In this document: positions 1 to 15,355 of the stretch, in pieces
Numbering within the stretch: the stretch's first letter is position 1
How the letters are laid out: every line of letters starts with the position of its first letter
Origin: the human T2T-CHM13v2.0 reference genome, Homo sapiens
Reading direction: 5' to 3' (one strand)
NCBI RefSeq assembly: GCF_009914755.1
Contig: NC_060942.1
Length of the DNA stretch: 64,000 nucleotides
Position numbers and translations under genes: made by a program
The notes under the pieces: generated by a model
Told to the model about the DNA's origin: nothing
What the model saw: only the letters and a program-made list of their open reading frames with translations
Database searches by the model: none

Positions 1-59
1 CTGAAGGAGTATCCTCTGGCCTGACTTGTACATCCTCTGGGGCTTCTTGATCTCTGGTC
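1..59 (-). CDS. PPP4R1: PPP4R1 coding exon 11 (5' part; continues beyond window start)
   Basis: Minus strand AAAAG|G ACC AGA GAT CAA GAA GCC CCA GAG GAT GTA CAA GTC AGG CCA GAG GAT ACT CCT TCA = (R)TRDQEAPEDVQVRPEDTPS; phase 2 matches the end of exon 10; peptide recognised as PPP4R1. Confidence 0.93.
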
Positions 60-769
60 CTTTTATTGTTTTATTTGGTGGGAAAAAAACAATATGAAAG
101 GATAATTACTTTAAAAAAACTGATGAAAGATATTACATATAGCATTTAGACAAGTTAAACATTAAAAATTACGGATTATCTGTACAAACTGAGTTTATGT
201 ATATTATTTATAATGCTTCTTTCTCCATCAGCTGTTCTGTGTTCAAAGATGTAAATACCTGTTAAGTATAAGTCTAGATAGTCAAGCAATATATATTAGT
301 TAGAGAAGGTAACATTTAAGAATCCTGGGATTCTATAACACCATGCTAATTTCAATAATAAATAACTAAAGAAAAGTAGTGGAAACAGAAATTCCTACAA
401 TCATTTTAAGATACATAACAACATTTAAATTATTTTATTTTTAGGGTTATTTGTATTACCTCTCTACTCCAACGACATATTGCAAAGCTGAGACCTAAAG
501 CCTATTTGCTTACATTACACAAGGAAAATAAAATAAAAACAATTTTAAGATAGTAGTAGGAAAGATACTTATTTGCTATCTCACAAAATATATTAAAATC
601 TGCTTGAGTGTAAATATTACTTCTGTTTCTTCTAAAATATTCATCTCTACTCCCCAAGGTTTTCCTAAAATGAGGACATAATTTAATTGATAAGGACAGA
701 TGGTACAAATTCATTAAAGTCCACTGATTACTGCCATCTATTATCTGAAGTACGACTGTAAGTGTTATT

Positions 770-2050
770 ATTTGATTCAATTAAATTTAACAGGCATTTA
801 TTGAGCACCTACTAAGAGCCAGGAAATGAAATCAGTATTGAGGATTCAAATGTGAATGAGATGCAGCTCTTGATCTTGAGATTACAATTAGAGGCAAACA
901 GAAAAAATGAAGATATATCAGCAAATTGCTGCTAGACAGGGTGGTAAGCACAGATGCAAGCACACTGAACACAGGAGGAGATGGGAGTGAAGATTAAAAG
1001 GCCTTCAAGGAAATGACATGAGTTGTGCTTAGAAGAACCAATACATGTTTATGGGGCTAAGGGGAAGAAAAAAGCATCTAAAGGAGAAACAGGACATGCA
1101 AAGGCCGGAGTGGCAGAAAAGGTGTGACGCATTCAGGAATCAGCAATGAGGAAATGATGGATGACAAGGATGAAAGATATCACATGAACCACTGTATTCC
1201 AGACCAGCAGACCTCCGGAGTTCATCCTGGACTACAGGAAATCATGTAGTAAGGAAATTGTTAATAGATCTGTTGTTTTAGAAAGACCATTCTGGAGGAA
1301 GTGTAGAAAATGAGTTGAGAGGTAAGATAGGAGGCAGGAATTACAGACATGCAGCTAAGAAGTGATGATGTTCTGATGGAGGCAGTGTCTCCAGGACTAC
1401 AGAAGAACACATTCAAACAGCAGCAAAAATCAACAGGACTTTTCCACTTATTGCATGCTGCAGGTAACAAAAACAGTTTCACAAGAAAGCTAACAGGTTC
1501 AGGTTGAAAGAGGTTGAGTTAGCTATCCACGTTGGGTTCTAGGTGGTGATTATCTATGAGAAAGAGGTAAAGACTGAGACAGAGGTGGAGGTCATCAACT
1601 CAGAAAGATGTGTGGGGCTGACATATGCGGAGGCAACAAGTATTAATAAAGAATAACACAACTGCATAGAATAACAAAGAGTGAAGGCATTTTTCCTGTA
1701 TAAAAGAATGATGAGCATATTTTTAGGCTGAGGAAAATAGGTTAGAAGAGATGAAAGAACTGGAGACACAGAGATTGATGAAATAACTGATAAAGCAATG
1801 TCTTTCTGAGAAGAGGAAAGAATATGGGCTTCAAAAACACAGCAAAACAGATTAAACAGTGAAGAGACTTGCTTCCCAAGAAACATGAAAGGGAAATAAG
1901 GATGGCTGAATATGTAGGTAAATTTGTAAGATGAATACAGGAAAAAGCATCTGTGTGCCTTTAAATACACACAATAAAAGATGTTTAACAGGAGACTTAA
2001 AAGGACTGTGCAAAAGGAGGGTGATGTTAATGCCTATGTGAGCTCCCACT
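770..2050 (-). mobile_element. Degenerate L2 LINE fragment
   Basis: Begins with the reverse complement of the L2 3' end (catttattgagcacctact) followed by purine-rich L2-like sequence; boundaries approximate. Confidence 0.55.
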
Positions 2051-2979
2051 TAAACAGTCACCATCTACATTCTCATGAAATTACGAAGTTCCCTCTCATC
2101 ATAATGCTGTTTTCAAAACCATTATTTTCACAAACAGGTGATTATTTTTTAAAATACTGATGAACAAAAACATACGTAAGTCATCTGAAAACATAACACA
2201 TTGTGACTGCATTTTAAATTCTGGTATTTTTCTTCTTATAACTACAAAATATACAGTATGCATATATAATACAATTGTTTACAAGTGTGAAGAAATCAGA
2301 CTTTAACGTTCTTACTCTCGCACTGGCACTACGTTAATATAAAATTCTGAACCTTTTAAGGACTTCTAGGATTCCTCACTTATTCCTTATTCATAAAAAT
2401 GAGGAGTTGGCCTAGATAACCTGTAAGATGTTTTCCCACTCCAAAGGAGCTCCTGAAGCTAGTGCTGTTATGCAAAATAAATGTGTCTTCTACATGTTTA
2501 TGAATTATGTATTTCCCATTTTGTCCATATTAAAAAATATGTATTTTTCCCTTTTGTTATAAAGAACATTAGTGGGCCAATTGGTAAAATTCAATAAAGG
2601 CTAGATTAGCTAACAGTATTGTATCAATGTTAATTTCCTAATTTTGGTAACTGGACTACAGTTATATATTAACATCTGTGTTTTAAAGAAATACATAGTA
2701 TTTTAAAAAGGTAAAAAGAATATCATGTCTAAAACTTATTCTCAAAGAGTTCAGAAAAAAAGAATAAAGCAAATATGGTAAAACAGTATTTGGAAAATCT
2801 ACATGGATATATGAAGTTCTTTGTGATATCCTTGCAAAATTTCTGAAATCATTCAAACTAAAATTTTAAAATTATAATAAGATATTGTTCAGAAAGGGGG
2901 AAGAGAAGAGCAAATGGGTAAAACTTGTAAGACCTCGTATGTACTATCTAATAAATACAATGAACTTCTGTTTTGTTTA

Positions 2980-3118
<139 letters not shown>

Positions 3119-5034
3119 CCTTGAAGTTCCTTGATCACTAGCTCACCTTGGTGTTAAAATTAAATTTTAATATTCTCAGCTGCAAAAATGAACGGAGAAT
3201 GACTGGTCAAATAACTGTTTGTCTGATAAATGTAAACTTGTTAGTTTGTCCAAACTTAAAACTCTTAGAATGATTTTTTTAAAAGGAAACTAGAAGACAA
3301 AGTTTCCCTAGTACAGTATTAAATTGTGGACAGAACTACAGCATGCATGGCTTCAAAAATGTCGAAAGTATAAATTCTCTAAATTCTAATTTTTCCTGGT
3401 AAAGTATAATAGTCAATACAAAATCAAGCTGTTCAATGCTAAAATTCTGATATTCCTAATTGTCAGACTTTGAAATGCTATTGTACAAGACAAATTTTTT
3501 TTTGAAAATTGAGGCCCTTTGTGACTCTGTATAATGGGAATTATCCTGTCTCCTAAGAGACGTAGGTATCAAGAGCACCAGAGGACAGTCCAGAAACTAC
3601 CTACTTAAGGAGGAATCTTAAGTGTCTTTTTGTGCCTACATAAGTTTATAATTAATATCTTCAGAGTTCCTTAGTAGAGACTATGGGCCTAGAAAATTAA
3701 TTACAGGTATTTCAAGGAGAAAATGACTTGTAGAACATCTGGCTAAAGAGGTATTGTATCCTGAGATAAAAGCAAACACGCTCCAGGATACCTTCCAAGT
3801 ACTGTGAATTAACTCAATGAAGTTTTAGCATTCATGAAATATTTCCAAATTTGTGCTAATAATTTTTTTTCATATAGTTAGCATTAAGCTAAACTGGAAA
3901 AATCCAGCAAAAGTGGTTTAGTTACTTCAGATTTTTGAGGTCAAATCCATATTTCCCTAGAATAATTCATTCAGGATTAATATGTGCACCAACGGGCCAG
4001 GCCCAGCGGAGACAAAGGGAGGAGCTGGACGCCACACTGCATGGCCGGGAGGCTACTGGATGATAGATGCCAATATGTAGCCAAAAGGATAGGATTAAAA
4101 TAGTGCTCTCATTACAGCGCTACTGATGATGAAGACAAAAGCTCTGTACTTCCTGGACAACTCAGTGCATCTAAGACAGCACTTTGTTAAACGAGGGTAT
4201 GGATGGAACAAGAAGCTTCCCAGAGAGCAGCAAGTACAAAAACAGGGAGAATTAAGAGAACATGGTGCATTCAGAGAACAATGTGATAACGAATGCTTAT
4301 TTTACATACTTTTAAAATGCAGATTTGAGTATTTCAACTCTGCTTCTGAGAAGTAGGCTTTATCAGCACTTTCAAAGAAGCATTAACAGCCTGATCCAGG
4401 GTGAGTGAAAGATCTGATGTGTAAGTCAGATGTTTGGAATCAATAAATGCTTCAAAGAGTAATAAAGTGATAGTAAATGTTTCTAGGGTCAGATGAAACA
4501 CTATACAATAAACAGTGGTGGAAATATGTTGCCAAAAACTTGCTTACTTTGTAAGACATTTGTTTGAAAAACCTGAATCTAAGAAACTGAGAGAACTTTG
4601 AGGACAGGAACGAAGTTCTATCTTTCCATTTACAGTTTCTGGTTCATAGGAGGTGCTCAGTTAACTTTTGCATAATCAATCAATCAATCTTAATACCACA
4701 ACAGTTTAAGACAGCTTAAAACAAATGCCACTGTGCTATTTAAGGGAGGGCAAACAAACTAATGGTTCTGAGATTTAATAATATATAGGACTACTTCTTT
4801 ATAGTTTGTCAAACTATGCAAAAGCTTTTACAATATTTAACATAACTCCTTCCTTAGCCAGGAATGCTCTCTTTCCCCTACCATATCATTAACATAATTT
4901 AATAAGCTCTAATATTACTGAAGATCAGCAATACAAGTAGTATTGCCTGGACATTAAGACATACCTCATTACAATGGAAGAAGAATCAAGGAATTGAACT
5001 ACCTTTAAATAGCTATTGCAGTAATGCTACACAC

Positions 5035-5215
5035 CGGTAGGCGGCAAACATGGCCTTGATAGGCACACTGTTGAGGTCAGTGAAGTTTTACTGGAACACA
5101 GCCAAGCTTGTCCATTTATGTAATGTCTACGGCTGCTTATACACTGCAAAGGCCGAGTGAGTAGTTGTGAAACAGAAGAAAGTTTACCAGCTCGTCCTAT
5201 ACAGTTCTCTGCAAA
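5035..5215 (+). mobile_element. MER58-like hAT-Charlie DNA transposon remnant
   Basis: Resembles MER58A (cggcaaac...aagttttactggaacacagcca...gtctacggctgct...gagtagttgtga). Confidence 0.55.
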
Positions 5216-6443
5216 TTTATAGTTTCTTACTAGACCCATTTCAGATTTTAAAACAGAAGTTATGTAACAGTCTTCAGTATAAACAGGTAATTTTTTAAGT
5301 ATGCTGATTTCAAAAATGAAAAATAGATAACATTCCCCACCCACCATCATCACTTTTGTCAAAGTCCTGGCAGCACCTGTTTTCAAAAAAACTGACAGAC
5401 TTTGCTTGCTAGGAAGACAGGTTTGAGTGATTTTCTTCCTTTACAAAAAACAGTACCTCAGGTTTGTTTGGCTATTCAGCAGGACAGTAGGAGAACGGGC
5501 AAAAAGGTAAAACAAGGCAGCAGAGAAGAAAGAAGAACTGCCAAATCAAAACACCAAGAAAGCAAATAGCACAGTATCAAGACCTACAGAAGAAAATGTC
5601 CATTAGCATCATGACAAGGGAGGGAAAAGACACTATGGTAACTCAAGCATTATAGCAGGGACTGTTTCAAATATTTGTACTAAAATTACTTCAAGTGCAT
5701 AACTGTAAAAGTTTGTGTACATTTCCCGCATACTAGTAAGTTAGGCTTGAATTAGTTTTTCCCCTAAATATATATTATAATAAATTTTTAAAATTTAAAT
5801 TTAATAGAAAATTTTCAATGCAAAAACATTTAAAAATAAAAATCACAGCCGACTCTTTAAGCTTTATTTAAAACTTTGGTTTCCTTATGAGACTGATATA
5901 CTTAAAACTGATATACTGGCTAATATACTGGCTTTCTCCTTTAACTGACAGATTACAATCACCATTGACAAAGAATCCAAGATGCGCAACTAAATTATTT
6001 GACAGAAAAGGACAATAAAACATATTCCTAAATTAAGTTTTACTCCTTAAAAACAAATTTAAAAAAACCCAAATACTACACAGTGTGTAACAATTACCCT
6101 GTATATTGTAGATATCAATGAATGATTGACTAGATAAATAATGTACTAAATAAACATTTTTTAAAAGTCATAATCTACCATTTAGAGTTTCCTATGTGCG
6201 AGGCATCTAGCTAATTGTGTTACATGCATCTACTCATTCAATATGTAACCAACCAAAGAGATACTTAACAAACAAATGCGCTTAAAGTAAAGCTCTATAA
6301 AAATATTCACCAATTTTTATATTCAAGAGAAATAGCAAACTATCAAAAAATAACATTTGTTGCAGAATAGTGGAAATAATGTTTAAAAGCAGTAAAATTA
6401 GAAAACAAGGTTTTAAAATTAGAAAATGGTTTCAAAATTATAC

Positions 6444-6571
6444 CTATTTTTGTTTTCTACTGACATCTCTTCTGAACTTTTGCTTTCTTCTTTAAAATAC
6501 TGGCCTGAGCTAGATGGATTAGCAAAAGTAGATATGAAAGGTCCCAGAGACTGAAAAGCTGCTTGGCGAAC
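6444..6571 (-). CDS. PPP4R1: PPP4R1 coding exon 10 (128 nt)
   Basis: TTCCTAG|GTT CGC CAA...AAA AAT AG|GTATAA; encodes VRQAAFQSLGPFISTFANPSSSGQYFKEESKSSEEMSVENKN(R). Confidence 0.96.
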
Positions 6572-6762
6572 CTAGGAAGATAAAAAGGACAATAATAAAG
6601 GAATCATTTTGAAAAAGAATTATATACGCACACATTATGTATATTTAATAATCTACTTTCAAATGCCGAAGTATGTTTAGGATAATAATGAAGCTTTTCT
6701 AAAGGAAGCCCAGATTCAGAACTTTAGCTAGGATTGAAAAATTCTTACAAGCTATTTTCTCT

Positions 6763-7053
6763 GGCTGGGCGCAGTGGCTCATGCCTGTAATCCCAGCACT
6801 CTGGGAGGCTGAGCTGGGCAGATCGCTTGAGTCCAGCAGTTTGAGACCAGCCTGGGCAACATGGCGAAATCCAGTCTCTACAAAAAATACCAAAGTTAGC
6901 AGGGCGTGGTGGCGCATGCCTGTGGTCCCAGCTACTCGGCAGGGCCTGAGGTGGAAGAAGCGCGTGAACCCATGAGGCTAAGTCTGTAGTGAGCCGTGAT
7001 CACACCACTGTACTCCAGCCTGGGTGACAGAGCAAGACTGTCTAAAAAAAAAA
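6763..7053 (+). mobile_element. Alu, full length (older J/S type)
   Basis: ggctgggcgcagtggctcatgcctgtaatccc... dimer with A tail. Confidence 0.9.
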
Positions 7054-7629
7054 CCCCAAACAAACCCCTATTTGCTCTTTTTTACTTTCAATTGTTTTTA
7101 TCCTCTCTTGAATGTTTGAACCATGATAATCTAAGTATGAGATACTATGAAACATTTGCATAGAACAAAACTAAAGAAGGTCCTGCTGTGTTCTCAAGAA
7201 CAAAAAGAATAAGGAAAACCAAGAGTGCCACAAAGAACATAAAAATCAATAAAGCCAACAAAATGTGATAAATACATTTAATGTTTTCAGGTAGGAAAGA
7301 CTTTAATTTGTTCACTAGAAGGAAGCAAGACAGACGTACCAGAAACATAATGTTAACTTAAAGTATGTCACAAAGATCTTGAAGCATATACTATTGTTCT
7401 TGATGACTGTCTCATGTAGGAGGGGTGATAAAGAAGTTATAGAATTCCACTTCATGTCGTATTTCTGTATTATTTTTAAAATCAGGAATTTTTAAAACAT
7501 TTGAAAATGAGAGGTTTTATGGAAGGATGGACACAATCGGACAAAGGCAACAACAATGGGAAACTGGTATGTTACTAAAACCTTGACTTTGCCACACACC
7601 AATTTCCCTGAAGTTTAGCATTCCTTTTC

Positions 7630-7918
7630 CTTTTGAGACAGCTCTTGCTCTGCTGTGGAGGCTGGAAAACAGTGGTGCTACCATGGCTCACTGCAGCCTC
7701 AAAATCCTTGGCTTAAGTGATCTTCCAACCTCAGCCTCATGAATAGTTGGGGACTATAGGCATGTGCCACCACATCCAGTTAATTTTTCTATTTTTTTTG
7801 CAGAGACAAGTCCTTGCTATGTTGCCCAGACTGGTCTTGAACTCCTAGCCTCAAGCAATCCTCCCACCTCCTCCTCCCAAAGTGTTAGGATTATAGGTGT
7901 GAGTCACTGCTCCTGGCT
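7630..7918 (-). mobile_element. Alu (AluJ-like, diverged)
   Basis: Reverse-complement Alu dimer. Confidence 0.85.
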
Positions 7919-8894
7919 AGCATTTCTTTTCTTTAAAAAAAAAAAAAAAGCATAATAATACCTTTTTCAAGTTTAAGATAATAATTATATAGTAAGCATG
8001 ATTTTTACAAAAGCAAATAAATGTAGAGATATCTATTATTAGTATTTACCTACTCTTGGAGAAGCATACATAAAAAATGACTCAATTGATTTTTTAAAAA
8101 GGCTAGAATTATATGCATGAGAGGGAAAAGAATAGCTTGTATGTGTGTAAACTAAGGGTTTTTCTCCCCTTCGTAAGTCACTTACTTACGAAACATTATG
8201 GAAACATTACTTCCATAAAAGGATAAAAGGTCACTTTTAACGCTGTATGCACGAATTTAATCTTCTCTGAATACTGTTAAATCTCTGAGCTTGTTCCCAA
8301 TAAAGGACATAGAAAACTTAATTTATCTAAATCATTAGTTTAGCTTGTTGTTAGATTAGAATGAAAAAAGTTTAATGTGGAGGAGAGAGATCACAGTGTC
8401 TAATAAGTTAATTAAATCCTACTATTAATCTACCTCCTTGATTTCACAAAAACAGAAACTGAAATCCAAATAAAATGACTTCTTCAGTGTTACCCTATAG
8501 TTACAATGAAATCAGGACTGAAGTCCAATTTTAACTCTCCAACACATCCCACTGCCTGTAATTGAGTAATTTTCCAACACTATAAAAATATTTCTACTTT
8601 GAGCTATTCCTCAAAATAAAGTGATTTTAAGCTATTATTTTTACTAGTTTCAATGACTTTAAGAAATAAACAACTAATGACTTTAAACAAAGGTTCTGGA
8701 AACCACTAAAAAACCCACAAGTCACTCAAAGAATAAATATTAACGAATTTCAGAAATAAAATTAACTTTTAATTCAATTTTAACTTTTGAGAAGGGACAA
8801 TACAGTAGATTATAACCTTCCCCAAATGGCTTAACATTGTTCGGACAAAAGACTATCTTGTCTTTTTTTTGCACCTAAATAGGCATAGGATTTA

Positions 8895-8896
<2 letters not shown>

Positions 8897-8928
<32 letters not shown>
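8897..8928. repeat. (TG)n microsatellite
   Basis: About 16 uninterrupted GT units. Confidence 0.95.
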
Positions 8929-8936
<8 letters not shown>

Positions 8937-8977
8937 GCATAAGATACACATTTTTCTCAGACAGGTGCAGCATATAT

Positions 8978-9311
8978 AGCCTGCCCTCTGTATCCACAGG
9001 TTCTGTGGATTCAACCAACTACACATTGAAAACATTGTTAGACCCATGATGGTTGTGTCTGTATTGAACAAGTACAGACTTTTTTCCTTGTCATTATTCC
9101 CTAAATAATAGAGTAACAATTACTTACATAGCATTTATGCTGTATTAGATGTAAGTAATCTAGAGACGATTTACAGTGTACAGGAGGATGTGCATAGGTT
9201 ATATGCAAATACTATGCCATTTTGTATCAGAGACTTCTGAGTATCCTCAGATTTTGGTATCCACAAGGGGTCCTGGAACCAATCCTCCATGGATACCAAG
9301 GAACAGCTGTA
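8978..9311 (+). mobile_element. Tigger3a-like TcMar-Tigger DNA transposon
   Basis: gccctctgtatccacagg...ggattcaaccaac... ending ggataccaaggaacagctgta; imperfect terminal inverted repeats and TA flanks. Confidence 0.75.
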
Positions 9312-9529
9312 TATCTCTAAAATGACTGACATATCCATATTCTCAAATTAACAGGAACTAATGCATGTTACCAATCCAAAACAACGACCAAATACATAGC
9401 TTCACAAAGAAAATTGAGTAAGCTATGTTAATCTTTTCTAACAAGCCGATACAGGATATAACAAAAACATTAATATAATATCAAGGCTTAAGAGTCTTGC
9501 CCTCTATGTCAATTTTGTTTTGGGAATGA

Positions 9530-12290
<2,761 letters not shown>

Positions 12291-12499
12291 AACAGGACTT
12301 AAATGTGTAAAGAAATTTTTGTCCTGTTACAAAAAAACACACAAACTGTTAATATAGTAGTCTTTCTACTGTCTATTCCTAAAAGTATAAAAAATAATAT
12401 ATCTTAAATTATAAGTTATTTCTTATGAGGTCAAAATTATGTTTGCTTTAAAACGGACACAAATGTATTATTTTACAAAAGTGATAATCAAAACCCTAC

Positions 12500-12658
12500 C
12501 CAACGTGAAGGATCACTGATCAAATTAATAAAAAGTGCTGATAATTTGGTCCGTCGGATTTCTTGACATGTTGCACATGAAACCGCCATGAAGCATTCAG
12601 CACAAGCCTTTCGGACTCCCCATACATTATCAGAACAAAGCTGGAAAAATCTGGGCAG
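12500..12658 (-). CDS. PPP4R1: PPP4R1 coding exon 9 (159 nt)
   Basis: CACATAG|CTG CCC AGA...TCA CGT TGG|GTAGGG; encodes LPRFFQLCSDNVWGVRKACAECFMAVSCATCQEIRRTKLSALFINLISDPSRW. Confidence 0.96.
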
Positions 12659-12686
12659 CTATGTGAAAAGGAAAGAGTCTTGTTAG

Positions 12687-13092
<406 letters not shown>

Positions 13093-13134
13093 TAGTATTT
13101 ATACTCAACAATTTTCAATAAATCACATCTAATT

Positions 13135-13364
13135 TACTGTCTATTCCTAAAAGTATAAAAAATAATGTATCTTAAATTATAAATATATAACATATAATAA
13201 TATATCTTAAATTTTAAGTTATTTCTTATGAGTCAAAATTATGTTTGCTTTAAAACGGACAGAAATGTATTATTTTACAAAAGTGATAATCAAAACCCTA
13301 CCCAACATGAAAGATCACTGATAAATTAATAAAAAGTGCTGATAATTTGGTCCGTCGGATTTCT
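13135..13364. repeat. Direct duplicate of 12367-12563 (3' part of exon 9, its donor and adjacent intron 9)
   Basis: Near-identical text tactgtctattcctaaaagtataaaaaataat...aaaaccctacccaac...gataatttggtccgtcggatttct present at both positions. Confidence 0.95.
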
Positions 13365-13897
13365 GGCTATGCAAAAGCATACTGGATTGTCTTATGCAAT
13401 ATTTCTGGCTATGCAAAAGCACTCCCAACAATCATAGCTTAAATGTTTTACAAGAGCTTGCCCCTGAACTTAATTATTTTGCATAAGAGATGGCTTCAGA
13501 AACTCTTTAGATATGGTGACTTATACATCAAGTATAGGCATCTTGTGTACTATTTCAAACTAACTTGCTATAGATTTAATATGTCATCAACATTCTTGAG
13601 GGTTGCAATAAAATTAAAGGTTCAATTGAATAAGTAAGAATTGATTTGCTTAACAGAAATGGAAGAGGTGAAAACAGATCAATGGTTCTGAAACATATCC
13701 ATATTTTTAATAAATATCAAAAAGATAATTCAAATGCCCAGATTACAGATATTTAAACTCCTAAATTCAAAATTATCTTTCTGGTTTATATTCATGGAAT
13801 TGTGTTAATAAAACTTTGGAGTAAATGTGTGCATTTCAAACTTTATGTACTACTTTGTAACACACACTGTTTACTCCTTTATATCTGCAATACTTAC

Positions 13898-13963
13898 CAA
13901 CATTTCTTCAGTAGCTTGCTGGCCAACTACACTGCAAATATCTCCAAAATTGGCAGCACAGAC
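13898..13963 (-). CDS. PPP4R1: PPP4R1 coding exon 8 (66 nt)
   Basis: TTGTCAG|GTC TGT GCT...ATG TTG|GTAAGT; encodes VCAANFGDICSVVGQQATEEML. Confidence 0.96.
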
Positions 13964-14103
13964 CTGACAACAAAAGCATCATTGACATTTCAAAATATTA
14001 CACATAAGGTTCTTCTAAGATAATCTTTTAAATATCATGTATCAGTACATTAACCACTAGAACTATGTTCTTAAACAGCAGAAAAAAAACGACAAAAAAA
14101 TAC

Positions 14104-14211
14104 CTTTCGAACGTGAAACATTCTGCAATCGCAGCACATCTCACAAAACCTAGGGAGGATAAGACGCTCTGTAATATCCTTCCCAACCATGGGAGCCATT
14201 TTGCACATTAT
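14104..14211 (-). CDS. PPP4R1: PPP4R1 coding exon 7 (108 nt)
   Basis: TTTTAG|ATA ATG TGC...CGA AAG|GTATTT; encodes IMCKMAPMVGKDITERLILPRFCEMCCDCRMFHVRK. Confidence 0.96.
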
Positions 14212-14929
14212 CTAAAATAAGTAAGAACAAACACACACTGAAAATATCAAGTAAGCCTCTTTCAGTTAAATTAAATAATAAAAGTATATAATTTGAGGAA
14301 ACATAAAATATGATATGGCATCATTATACTATATACATGACAGAAAACATTCATAGCCAATTATTAATTTCATCTTATTTATCTAAGTAGGAAACAAAGA
14401 CAGATATTAACCACAATCAATAAAAACAACCAATAAATACTGCATGCCCAGTAAACCCACAGAAAATCCTAACAATTTCATTTTTGTCCACAGTTTCCAT
14501 CTTACTACTACTTCATCATTTTGCCTGGTAATTTTAAAAGCAAAACAAACAAACAAACAAAAACCTACATTTTCCCAATTTAAAAAATTGGTGACTGTTC
14601 AAAGGGAAAACTATCCCCAGGAAAGATCTAGATTTAGCATATCTGTATTGCTAAGAAAAAATTCAGTCCTCGCCTTGCAAAGCACCCTGTGAACTAAAGC
14701 TCATACATATCAGAACCATGTCCTGGTTTTGCAAAGCTTCAGTTCCAGGGAAAGCATGAACACAGTTCTGATATAGGCATGTTTCAGTTAACACAATAGG
14801 AGGCAAAGTGAGGATTAACTTTATTTGAAAACTGGCCCTCTATTTAGATACATTGTTCCCACAGTTAATACAGAAAGAAATGGGATAGCCTGTTGTCATT
14901 TATCAATTGTATCAATTGCTAGACTGTAC

Positions 14930-15355
14930 AAACAGGACAAAATAAAGAAGTAAAAGAGATACAGATTGCAAAGAAAGAAAATTCTCTCTATTCAAATACG
15001 ACATGGTTGTCTACACAGAAAATCAGAAGGAATCTACAAAGAAGCCACCAGAATAAGTATGTTTAGGAAGGTTGTAGGCTATAAATTAGAATATAAAAAT
15101 CTATTGTATTTCTACAAATTAGCAATGAACAATGAACTGGAAACATTTAAGAACAGTATCACTCACAGAAGTACTTTTAAAAAATATGAAATCGAACAAA
15201 ATACACACAAGAACTTTCTGCTGAAAACTACAAAAGATTAAAGATATAAATCAAAGACCTAAATAAATAGATCTACCATGTTCATAGACTGTGAAACTGG
15301 CAATTGTCTCCAAATTGATCTACAGATTCAACACTATCCCCATGAAAATCCCACC
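14930..15355 (+). mobile_element. L1 ORF2 fragment
   Basis: Translates to L1 ORF2-like KLIYRFNTIPMKIP. Confidence 0.7.
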
